Source: a virus
Lineage: Duplodnaviria; Caudoviricetes
Reading direction: 5' to 3' (one strand)
IMG/VR virus record: IMGVR_UViG_3300032285_002123
Location: 1 to 59,803 of that record
Length of the DNA: 59,803 nt
How positions within the stretch are numbered: position 1 is the stretch's first letter; the number at the start of each line of letters is the position of its first letter. The notes under the pieces are model-generated. The model ran no database searches. It saw only the letters and a list, made by a program, of their open reading frames with translations, and was not told the DNA's origin. The position numbers were made by a program, and so were the translations under genes. Positions 20,123 through 29,800 of this stretch are shown here, in pieces.

Positions 20123-21067
20123 TTAGTTTAGCATAGCCATAATGGTCTTGTCAAATGATTCATCTAAATTCTTAATAGCCTCATCTGACATATCACCAAT
20201 ATCTTTATACTGTTTATCTAGTTGTACTACGGTTACACGAGATCCAAGCCTATCAATAAGCTTTTGTTTCATGTTACCGCCAGCTTCATCGTTATCTGCA
20301 ATAACAATAATGTTATTGAAATACTTTTGAAGTAGGTCTGATTGAATGTTAGATACGTTTGCACCTAACGTTGCTACCGCTGGGAAACCACATTGGTCCA
20401 AGCGAATTGCATCGAATGATGATTCGACTACATAAACTTTACTGGAAGTCTTTACACGATGCAAGTTAAACAGGACTTTACTTTTAGGTAGTCCTGGAGT
20501 GTTCTTAAACTCTTTTCCCTCCACAGATCGTCCCACAAAGCCTACAGGAAGCCCTTCAGGTGAGTGGACAGGGATTGTAACCATGTCCTGCTTTTCTGAA
20601 TATCCTAGATCGAACTTCTTTACAGATGTTTCTGTAATTAATCTTCCATTGTAATAACGCATAGCACGAGGTGATTCTAGTGCTTGTGAGCTAAGACGCT
20701 TAATCTGTAGTTCATCATATGGAACATAGTCTGGCTTAGTGTGCAGCTTTTGATTAATCTGCATTTCAAGATCTTGGTCAGTTTCTTTAGACTTAATATA
20801 ACGTACCGCTTCAAAATAGGTACGACTAGAAGTGTGCATAATCAATGCAGTTAGATCACAGACATGTTGACAAGCAAAACAAAAGAATGTTCCGTTTACC
20901 TTATCTACTTCTCCAGCAGGTGAGCGTGAGTTATTATGGAATGGACAAAAAACGATATAGTCAGAATCTACCTCGGATTCGATTGAGATTCCTGATCCAA
21001 TGATGACTCGTTTAATTTGTTCTGTTGTGTAGGAATTAGCAGTGTGCCGTCTATTCCCTCTATCCAT
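20123..21067 (-). CDS. dnaG: DNA primase
   Basis: CPFH...CFAC zinc finger; TOPRIM VVESSFD and DNDEAG. Confidence 0.92.
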   Translation of the reverse strand: MDRGNRRHTANSYTTEQIKRVIIGSGISIESEVDSDYIVFCPFHNNSRSPAGEVDKVNGTFFCFACQHVCDLTALIMHTSSRTYFEAVRYIKSKETDQDLEMQINQKLHTKPDYVPYDELQIKRLSSQALESPRAMRYYNGRLITETSVKKFDLGYSEKQDMVTIPVHSPEGLPVGFVGRSVEGKEFKNTPGLPKSKVLFNLHRVKTSSKVYVVESSFDAIRLDQCGFPAVATLGANVSNIQSDLLQKYFNNIIVIADNDEAGGNMKQKLIDRLGSRVTVVQLDKQYKDIGDMSDEAIKNLDESFDKTIMAMLN

Positions 21068-21312
21068 TGACTCTTCTTCTTTCCTGTATATGTTCCGTAA
21101 ATTGTTAAGAAAAACTCGTAATATTCTTTTTCTATATTGTATGATATCGTAAAGTCTGGGTCTATGTCAAGACGTGGCACATACCCAGCTAGTCGCATCT
21201 CTGTTTGCAACAACTTTATATATTGTTCTTTTAATCTTCCGATTGCTGAATCACTTTGAATGGTTCCATCTAATGTAAAACCTTTAATTCTTTTGTGATG
21301 TAAATTGTCCAT
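20968..21312 (-). CDS. Hypothetical protein
   Basis: 114-aa ORF; TATAAT 7 nt before the ATG; overlaps primase by 100 nt. Confidence 0.7.
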   Translation of the reverse strand: MDNLHHKRIKGFTLDGTIQSDSAIGRLKEQYIKLLQTEMRLAGYVPRLDIDPDFTISYNIEKEYYEFFLTIYGTYTGKKKSQWIEGIDGTLLIPTQQNKLNESSLDQESQSNPR

Positions 21313-21326
21313 ATAACATATTATAA

Positions 21327-22547
21327 CTACTTATCTTCATAGTCTTTGTACTTATACCAACCTTTGTCGAAATCTACTTGGACTAAGAATTCTCCCATAT
21401 AACCATTACGGTTTTTACGGAATACACATTCAATGATATCAGAGTTTGTGCCTCGTCCAAGTGCCATTACCCAGTCAGCGTCATACGCAATCTGTCGTGA
21501 CCAAGCAGTCTGTCCAAGGGTAGGAACAGTGTCAAGCTTAGTAACATCGTCAGGTGTAGCAGATGAAATAGCAATAATAGGAATCTCTTCACTAATAGCC
21601 ATAAGCTTTAGTTCACGAGATAGGTTTTTCATTCGTACCGTTTCAGAATCAGCCTTTTGGTTTGGTGACATTAGCTGCAGGTAATCTACAATAATAAAGT
21701 CTGGCTTATACTGATCGATCTTACCACGAATGACTGATGGGGTTACTTCTCCACCAGAGTCATTAGAAATAATGTGGAATTCAGGCTTGCCCTGCAACTC
21801 TTTCTTATGCCAGCGACGAAGATCTTCAATCTCTACCTCACCATTTGACAACTTACGGTGTGACCAAAGACCTTCACCCATGATTGCAAATACACGGTTA
21901 CGGACCTCAGTCTCGCTCATCTCAAGTGAGATAACCATTGGTGACTTGCCTTGCTTCCATGCCTGTACAGCAAAATAAAGCGATAGCCAAGACTTACCGA
22001 TACCTGGGTAAGCCAAGAATACACCAAGCTGTCCTGGCATAATACCAGCAGGTAGATAGTTGTCAAACCCTGGAAGACCAGTCTTAATTCCTACAGCACC
22101 AAGTTCCTGCTGACGCTTAACATTCTCAAAGTATGCAACAGCAGACTCAATGTCGGTAGCATCAATATCACGAATGGTTGATGTGTTCTTTTTAAGTTCA
22201 GAAGTCTTTGTAATAATATCTTCTAGAGCTTTTACACCTTGACCAGCCTGTACCTCAGATGCAGTGTTACGAAGAATGTCCTTAAGGCTATCGTTTAGGT
22301 ATTCAGCTTGTAGTTCTTCAAGGTGGTATTTGGTAGCACCAATACCCTCAGCAGGAGTGAAATCACGAAACTTATCAACAACCAATGACACAGGTGGAAC
22401 TGTTCCATTAATTTCAGAATAGTTACGAATAAACTGCCAGATATCATTATGTGTACGAAGAATGTTATCCACATTTGCTTGTAGCAAAACGTGAACTTGC
22501 TTATCTTGTAGTACTGCTGAAATCAGCTTTGATTCTGTATTATTCAT
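21327..22547 (-). CDS. dnaB: Replicative DNA helicase
   Basis: AYPGIGKS, SLEM, IIVDYLQLM, IAYDAD and KNRNG motifs. Confidence 0.93.
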   Translation of the reverse strand: MNNTESKLISAVLQDKQVHVLLQANVDNILRTHNDIWQFIRNYSEINGTVPPVSLVVDKFRDFTPAEGIGATKYHLEELQAEYLNDSLKDILRNTASEVQAGQGVKALEDIITKTSELKKNTSTIRDIDATDIESAVAYFENVKRQQELGAVGIKTGLPGFDNYLPAGIMPGQLGVFLAYPGIGKSWLSLYFAVQAWKQGKSPMVISLEMSETEVRNRVFAIMGEGLWSHRKLSNGEVEIEDLRRWHKKELQGKPEFHIISNDSGGEVTPSVIRGKIDQYKPDFIIVDYLQLMSPNQKADSETVRMKNLSRELKLMAISEEIPIIAISSATPDDVTKLDTVPTLGQTAWSRQIAYDADWVMALGRGTNSDIIECVFRKNRNGYMGEFLVQVDFDKGWYKYKDYEDK

Positions 22548-22848
22548 TCAACCATTCCTTAGCTTTGCGTCTACGCTCTTCTCGTTCTTTCTGATCCTGC
22601 TTATATTGCTCAATGCTGTCAACAATTTTGTCTGCGTAGTTGGCAAAATATTTCCAGCTTGGATTTGGAGATACCTCAAAGTAATACTCCAGTAGGTCAT
22701 AGCATTGTGCCATGCCATAAGACTCAATGAGTGCGTCTGCAGCCCATTGTTCGACATTTAGGTTAAGAGTGACCCTTTGCTCATACCGTTGGGTATGTAG
22801 CTTGCCATAACGACTGAGCAAAGCCATACGGTCTTTGCGTTCTGCCAT
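22540..22848 (-). CDS. Hypothetical protein (replication module)
   Basis: 102-aa ORF coupled to dnaB. Confidence 0.75.
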   Translation of the reverse strand: MAERKDRMALLSRYGKLHTQRYEQRVTLNLNVEQWAADALIESYGMAQCYDLLEYYFEVSPNPSWKYFANYADKIVDSIEQYKQDQKEREERRRKAKEWLNE

Positions 22849-23063
22849 TACTTATTGTCGATCTCTTCCGAACCCTCTTTTACCTTTTCAGCAAGCTTTG
22901 TCTCAACAAATGAGTATACTCGCTCAAAGGCCTCATTAATAGTCTCTCCGTCACGACGTGAGTCTACAATGCCCAGGTCAATACGCAGCGACTGAAAGTT
23001 GCCAAGGTTAAGTGTATAGCCAAGTGCAACGTTAATCTTTGTTTCTTCGTTATTCATTCTCAT
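22848..23063 (-). CDS. Hypothetical protein
   Basis: 71-aa ORF containing GYTLNLGNFQSLRID. Confidence 0.75.
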   Translation of the reverse strand: MRMNNEETKINVALGYTLNLGNFQSLRIDLGIVDSRRDGETINEAFERVYSFVETKLAEKVKEGSEEIDNK

Positions 23064-23075
23064 ACCCTTTCAAGG

Positions 23076-23606
23076 TTAAATGGACTCTGACCAAACAGGT
23101 ATAAACCTGCCGTCTTCGGTCCTCGTATATGTAAGCATACCATCTCCCATGCGTCGTGTCAACTCTTGTTTTGATGGTGTTACATTGTTTGTTATTAGCT
23201 TATCAGCTCTTGGTCTACCAAAATGGTAGGATGCTAGTATATCACGAAGTTCACGAACTTGCGATTCTGAGTAATAGCTTCTTACCTGCCATCCTCGTGC
23301 TCCACCTTTTTGACTTCCTCGTGGCTCTGGAATTACTCCACGCTTTACAAGTTGTGGCATATACTTTTTGTGACGATTTACTAGATCAGCAGTTTGTCCT
23401 ACAGTATATGCTCGTTCTCTATTCTTTTTAAAATCAGACATTAGACAACTTTCAATTTGATCTTTATTAATGTTATAAACAGACATAATGTTATTAGATC
23501 TATTAACATGATGAACTCTAACCAAGTCTCCATTTAAAAACCAAACGTTTTTATTACCTGGAATTATTGGAGCCTGGTTATACTCTTCTCGTGTTCTATA
23601 AGCCAC
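23076..23606 (-). CDS. MerR-like HTH DNA-binding protein
   Basis: YTVGQTADLVNRH...RGVIPEP...RSYYSESQV winged-HTH pattern. Confidence 0.65.
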   Translation of the reverse strand: MAYRTREEYNQAPIIPGNKNVWFLNGDLVRVHHVNRSNNIMSVYNINKDQIESCLMSDFKKNRERAYTVGQTADLVNRHKKYMPQLVKRGVIPEPRGSQKGGARGWQVRSYYSESQVRELRDILASYHFGRPRADKLITNNVTPSKQELTRRMGDGMLTYTRTEDGRFIPVWSESI

Positions 23607-23614
23607 GATTGCTC

Positions 23615-24043
23615 CTAAATGTTTGGAATACCGATTGCAGTAAAGTTAATTTTTCCAGCAACCTGTGCTGTACCTGCATTTCTAAACCAAACATAATATT
23701 CAAGTGATGAGTTTGAAACATTCTGAATTGTAACCCAACATGCTTGATTTCCTGTTGGATCTGAAATTGTTGCAGTTACAACTGGTGGATACTTAAACAC
23801 CATATTAAAGTCGTGTCTACCCCAAATAGGACCATTGGAATCATTTGCGTGATAATTTTCTGATCCAGCAGAAATACTCATATCACTTAGTCTAACTGTT
23901 GCACTGTTTGAACCATTGTTAAAGTTTGATTCACTAAATTGTGTATACAGTTTTGTTGAGATTTCATTAAGAGTATTTACAATTTGATAAATATATGCAT
24001 AATCAATTGGTTGTCCTGCTTGTGGAATTGGAATATTAGCCAT
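23615..24043 (-). CDS. Putative minor tail protein (H-type lectin-like)
   Basis: FKYPPVVTAT...INFTAIG pattern; end of tail module; leaderless. Confidence 0.6.
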   Translation of the reverse strand: MANIPIPQAGQPIDYAYIYQIVNTLNEISTKLYTQFSESNFNNGSNSATVRLSDMSISAGSENYHANDSNGPIWGRHDFNMVFKYPPVVTATISDPTGNQACWVTIQNVSNSSLEYYVWFRNAGTAQVAGKINFTAIGIPNI

Positions 24044-24060
24044 ACCCCAATTATATCACA

Positions 24061-24627
24061 CTAGACTATTGTGCCAGAATCGTAAATTGCTTGAGTTGAT
24101 ATTGGTCCTGCACCAAAAAGATGTGTATAACTATTGTCAGCTTGAAGTGATTTTGTATTTGTTGACAAGTGAACCATTAATTTAAAATATTTTTTGTTTG
24201 ATGATGAAAAAATTTGTTCTGTTGGAATTGTTACAGAAATGCTTTCAGAGCTTGTTGTTCCTGCGTATTCCCAAGAAGGTGTTGAATTCCAGTTTGTAGA
24301 TTCTGATCCCCACCAAATAAAAATATCAAAGGGGATTCCTTGTAATGCTTCTAGCTTTACAATTTGTCCAGAATTAGTAAACTTCCAGCTGATATCAATT
24401 GAAGTACCGTTTGATTTTATTGATGGAGTTACAGATATTCCGTTTGTTAAAAATGAAGATACTGGATCTTTTTGTATTTTATAAATTGGTGACCAGCTAG
24501 AGTTTTGAGAACCGTCTTCAGATATAACTCTATATCTTAATGCATAGGTTCCATCTGTGTGAATTCCTGGCAAAACATTTTTGGGAACAAATATTTTTTG
24601 TATATTTTTATCTGGAGTAATTGTCAT
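24061..24627 (-). CDS. Putative minor tail protein
   Basis: Beta-rich ORF coupled within the tail module. Confidence 0.65.
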   Translation of the reverse strand: MTITPDKNIQKIFVPKNVLPGIHTDGTYALRYRVISEDGSQNSSWSPIYKIQKDPVSSFLTNGISVTPSIKSNGTSIDISWKFTNSGQIVKLEALQGIPFDIFIWWGSESTNWNSTPSWEYAGTTSSESISVTIPTEQIFSSSNKKYFKLMVHLSTNTKSLQADNSYTHLFGAGPISTQAIYDSGTIV

Positions 24628-26240
24628 TAAATCACGTCCGTGACAAACTTAAACTCAATATAACTTGAAGTGTTTGCTGGTTTTGAAATTGTAAGTGGGT
24701 ATTGTCCAGTCTCATCAGAATTTTTAATAACAGAATATCCTGTTAGTCCATAAAGTGAATTTGTTGATGATACATTTTCTAGCCTAAGTCCGTCAAGTGC
24801 GACATAATATTCTGATGATGTTGGGGGATAGGCATTGTTAACTTGAGTGTCTGGGTTTGTTACATCATAATCAAAAACTGAAACAAATACTCTTAAAACT
24901 TTGGCATCTGCCCAAGTAAAACTTGTTGTAGAAGTATATAGGTCTTTTAAATTTACAGTTCTTACAACATATCTGTTTTTTGAAAAATCTTGTTTGTTTG
25001 GATCTGTTCCTGGATTTGAATCATTTTTTATGTCTAGTGAAATACGAGCATATCTATCTGGTTCTGTTCCAGAAACATGGTCTTCTCCTGCAAACTCAAC
25101 AATAACCCTTACATATGATGGATCATACGCCCTATCTCTTCTAACGTTAATTACTGAAAATGCAATTTTTAATTCGTCTAATGGAGAATTTTTTGTAAGA
25201 TCTAAGTTTGGGGTAAGAATGTGAATGTGCTCAGAATTAGGTTGATAAACAAGCTTACCATTATTCCGACGCAAAATTGAAACATCTCCACGAAGAAATA
25301 GTGAGTTGTCTGAAATTCTTGGTTTTTCAAGTGCATTTACTCTTAGCGTTTCACTAAAAGTAATATTTTCAGATCCTGCAATAAAAAATTTATTTGTATT
25401 ATCAATGTCTTCGCCAACTTGTGCCAACCTTGTTTTTACAAGTGGGATTGTTGATTTTGTTCCATCAACATTGTGATATTCCCATTGTTCATTATCATCA
25501 AATAGATAAAGAATTTTACTGTCAAGTCCTTGTGGTGTTGGATTTGATGCAGCTGGATAAAGACCTATTTCACTAATTTCATAATGTTGTTCTGTTGGTA
25601 ATTGTGCTGTAAGAACTAGTTTAGAAACTTCTGTGTCTCCAACCACCTCATTTACATACCCACGAGAAATTACTGGAATTCTAAACATTTCAAAGTCAAG
25701 AGACTTTTGGTTATTATAATTTTTGGTTACTGTTGAATACCAAGGCATATCGGCATCTACTGTAGCATAATCGTTAAAATCTACAATACCTGGTACTTCA
25801 TACTTAACCCAAGATACATTATATGTTGTTTCAGAGCCTCCTGGTGGAGTTATTGTTACTGTGCTATCTACTTGCTCACCACCATGAATTGGTGGACCTG
25901 ATGGAAAGCCATTTGCAGCATCCAGCGGTAACGTTGGTGCTGTAGTTGGAACCTCACTAACAACAAAATTTCCATCAATTCCATAACCAACACCAGCAAC
26001 AGTTACAGTATCTCCAACAACTATATCGTGTGATCTGGTTGGATAAGTTAGGTTAATTAGACCAAGTGTTACGGTTTGAATTCCAGTTACTGAATCTGGA
26101 TAAACAAACTTTCCAATTACATAATAAGATGAAAATGTCTGTGGCATAGTCCCACAACCAATAGCCATATGTGAAGCATATGAAGGTGCTTGTCCAATTA
26201 AATATTTGGCAATAATAGACTTTCCCTTATTTGTTATCAT
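24627..26240 (-). CDS. Minor tail/baseplate protein with inserted beta module
   Basis: MITNKGKSIIAKYL..MAIGCG..ISEIGLY baseplate-type N-terminal domain. Confidence 0.7.
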   Translation of the reverse strand: MITNKGKSIIAKYLIGQAPSYASHMAIGCGTMPQTFSSYYVIGKFVYPDSVTGIQTVTLGLINLTYPTRSHDIVVGDTVTVAGVGYGIDGNFVVSEVPTTAPTLPLDAANGFPSGPPIHGGEQVDSTVTITPPGGSETTYNVSWVKYEVPGIVDFNDYATVDADMPWYSTVTKNYNNQKSLDFEMFRIPVISRGYVNEVVGDTEVSKLVLTAQLPTEQHYEISEIGLYPAASNPTPQGLDSKILYLFDDNEQWEYHNVDGTKSTIPLVKTRLAQVGEDIDNTNKFFIAGSENITFSETLRVNALEKPRISDNSLFLRGDVSILRRNNGKLVYQPNSEHIHILTPNLDLTKNSPLDELKIAFSVINVRRDRAYDPSYVRVIVEFAGEDHVSGTEPDRYARISLDIKNDSNPGTDPNKQDFSKNRYVVRTVNLKDLYTSTTSFTWADAKVLRVFVSVFDYDVTNPDTQVNNAYPPTSSEYYVALDGLRLENVSSTNSLYGLTGYSVIKNSDETGQYPLTISKPANTSSYIEFKFVTDVI

Positions 26241-26242
26241 AT

Positions 26243-26893
26243 TTATATTGTACCATCAATCATAGTTTCATAAGATATGAACTCTATTTCTATTTGTTGA
26301 TTACTTGCTAGGTTTATTGTATCAATAACTACCTGCCCAGTTTGTGGATCAACATAGACTGTTTTACCAGTAAGGTTACCTGAAATGTCTACAGCAGAAC
26401 CTACTTCTGGAACATAATTATTTAAAGAAAATAGGAATGCTGAAAAGTATTTTGCATCAGTTCCTTGCAAAGCAATAAGATTGTTTGGATCAAAGGTTTG
26501 TGCAGTTTCTGCAAGGTTTGCAATAATACTATAGTTTGTAGCCTGACCATTTAAAAGATCATGTCTTGAAATATTTACAATTTCTTGACCACCAATATCT
26601 TGAATAATGGTATCTGCAATTATGTCAGTATTTTGTGGTGGCTCATTTAAAATAAAAAGGTTTGACGTTGCCAGTTTAATTGTTTGGCCTGGTTGAAAAT
26701 TTGGATCTACTGGTGCTGGCTTTGGAACTGCAGGTTTTGTTTTTACAGCAGCCTTCTTTTTCTTTTTTACAGGTGCGCTTTGTTTTTTTGTTATTGGAGG
26801 TGTCGTACTTTTTACTGGTTTAGCTGTTGCTTGATGTCCTGCACTATATCCAGCAGAACTCATAAAAGCACCAGGAGTTGCTTTTTTTGCCAT
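26243..26893 (-). CDS. Putative minor tail protein with Lys/Pro-rich N-terminus
   Basis: SD GAGGTG before ATG 26893; position in tail module. Confidence 0.65.
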   Translation of the reverse strand: MAKKATPGAFMSSAGYSAGHQATAKPVKSTTPPITKKQSAPVKKKKKAAVKTKPAVPKPAPVDPNFQPGQTIKLATSNLFILNEPPQNTDIIADTIIQDIGGQEIVNISRHDLLNGQATNYSIIANLAETAQTFDPNNLIALQGTDAKYFSAFLFSLNNYVPEVGSAVDISGNLTGKTVYVDPQTGQVVIDTINLASNQQIEIEFISYETMIDGTI

Positions 26894-26894
26894 A

Positions 26895-29800
26895 TTAGAC
26901 CACCTCACTTAAGTATAGCGTCATTGTTGGACCAGACTCTGAATTAGAATATTCAATTGAATAAACCACAAACCTAGTATCAGAGGTTAATGCTAGTTGT
27001 TTAATTCCGTGTTCCAAATAATCTATTGTTACAATGTCACCTAGTTGAATCATTGAGTTTGGTAAAATCTCTACCCCGACGGCTTTCTTTGGTTGCATAA
27101 TTTTATTTGTCAACCAAGCCATAAGCTCTTCCGCTGACTGTTGAGTTTGAATATATGGTGCAGCAATTGTAAATGCTTTTTTACCATAAGTTATCCTACT
27201 CTTATTTATGTCTGCATATTGCTGACCAAACTGAACATTGTATACCTTATTGTTAGAACCATATTGTGGATTTGAAAGATCACTCTTTTTTGATAAAAAT
27301 TCATCAACGGTAAGATCGTGCTGTGATTGTTGTGTAAATGATACACCCTGAATTCTAAGATAGTTTCCACTTGTGCTATCAAGGTTTAGAGTTGAGTCTG
27401 TTGCATTAAATACCAAGAATTCTGCACCATAAGCATTAGCAACAAATCCAGAAGTCACATAACCCTTTGTGTTATTAAATGTTGGAGTTATTTTTGCAGA
27501 AAGTGCTGGATAGGCTTTGTCGTATCTAATATTAAAATAAGCCATTTCTCTCATTAGAGTTCCAAACTCTTCAAAATAAAGGTTATAGTCTGGTGAGCCT
27601 TGTGGATTTATTCCTTGTAAGAATGTTTTTTGGATTGCACTGCTAGGAGCATATTTTGCCAAAGCATTGTTATTTAAAACTCCTTCATCAGAAAAAACGG
27701 AAGCAATTGGAGCTTTTGTCATTGATGAATTATTTTGAGAATAATTACTTGCAACAGCGTAAACATTTTCAAACATTACCTTTGAAGATCCTCTTTCAAA
27801 AAGTGCAATCGTTGATGTTTGATTTATTGGTTGATTGTCTACAACTGTTCCCACAAGCTTGTTATTTAAATAAAGATAGAACTTGACTCCACTTCCAGAA
27901 TTTTCATATTCTACTGAAATATCATAAACTGTTGGTGTTTGCTGTGTAGCTGTTCTGTCTTGTCCAACAAACTTTCCATCGTCAACTGTAATTGGAGCAT
28001 ATCCATTCCAAAGAACAATTGGAATTCCCATTTTGTTTGTTGCTTGTGATTCAACTTTATAGAAGAATAAGCTGCTTATCTGACTTCCAGAGGTTGTATA
28101 TGCATTTGCAGTTGCATTTGTAAGTGCCACAATTTCAAAGTAATACCCACAGTTTGTTGCTGGATTTACCCAAATACCAATTCCACCAGAAGATCCACCA
28201 ATATTTACAGCATTATTATTTATATCTGGAACTGTGTAGTATGGCATTGTACCAACTGGTGTTTGATACTTAACTGATTGATCATCTACAGAACCAATAA
28301 TTCTCATTCGTGTTCCAAAATGAACAAACTTGTTATCTAGTGTTTTTGAAACATAGTTAACAAAGTCTTGTGGATTATATTCTTTAGGATAGCTTGGCCC
28401 TTCTAAGGTAAGAGCAGAACTCTGAATTACAGGAACGTTTGAACTGTTTGATTGTGTAGAACTTGTTTCACTAAAATATTTACTGCTCAAAAAGTTTTTA
28501 ATTAATCCAGAAGCTTTTGCTGGTGGAACAGAATTTCTTGCATTTGCATCTGTAATTACATCTTCAAGATTTCCAGCAGCATAATTTTTATATGTGTCAG
28601 GAAGTAGTCCACCGTTAAACATATATTTTGAAGTCATCATAAACCTTTTTTGGTTTGATCCGTCAGTCCAAGATGTTGGCACTCCTGCTGAGTGTGATGT
28701 TATTGTTGTTCCAAATTGTCCACGACCATGTTTTGAAACTGCACCTTCTTTTAATGTTGTTGAATCATAAAATGGTTCTGAATAAATTCTTATTTTTCCT
28801 GTTGGATAAAGTTTTCCACCAAAAGAAAGTTGAGCAAAATAACGCTGATATTCTTCTACGTTTGCAATCCAAACATTTCCAACTGTACCACCGACATTAT
28901 ATTCAACTGCATCAAATCTAATAATTTCTCCATTTGCATAAAAGTATCCATTATAGCGAGACAACCAATAAATAGAGTCGCCAAGATCAATTGTGTTGTT
29001 TATTATTACACCATTTGATACCGTTGGAACTTGATCTGATAAATCTGAATTTAGTGCAATTGCTGACAAAGAATATGCCGTCTGTTTGCTTAATTCGTCA
29101 TTCCAAGATTTTGTAGTGTCTTCTGGAGAAACTTCCCAAAGAAGAACTGGTTTATATATCCAAGTCTTTTCAGAATCTAAAACGTTTGCTTGAGCAAGTG
29201 ACCCATAAGACCTTTGAATGTATTTTGTACTATAAGTAATCTTTCCATCATTATAAACATCATCTTGTTCAGACTTTACCTGCACAATGTTTGCAAGTTT
29301 ATTATTTTCTTCTGAACCATAAAGCGTAATATCAGTTGGTCTGTCTGTTGCTCCTGGAAGCATGTATTCTTTTTCCATAAGGACAAGGTTATTCATCTCA
29401 TCAAAGAACATGGCTGTTTGTGTAGACATTGCCAAATCTTGCAATACCTTAGCAACAGTTGTATCTGGTCCTACAAAGAAGTATGGAATTTGTGGTTCAT
29501 GGTCTGTAATTCTTTTAAAAGTGTAATTTGAAAAACCAATAGAGTCTAGCAAAGAAGATACAGCCATGCTTAATGAACATTCTGGAATAAGGATTTGATT
29601 TGCAATTATTGATTCAAAATAAAAAAGCATGTCTCTTAAAGTAACAGAAACATGTCTGTTTGTGTTTGATATTTGTGGAAATCCATCTGCATACATTGTT
29701 TTAATTGGAACATAATAAACGTGACCACTGTTATCAAAAATTGATTCATAAAATTTAATTTGTAAATTCTTTGTTGAAATAGAGTGTAATATGCTATCAG

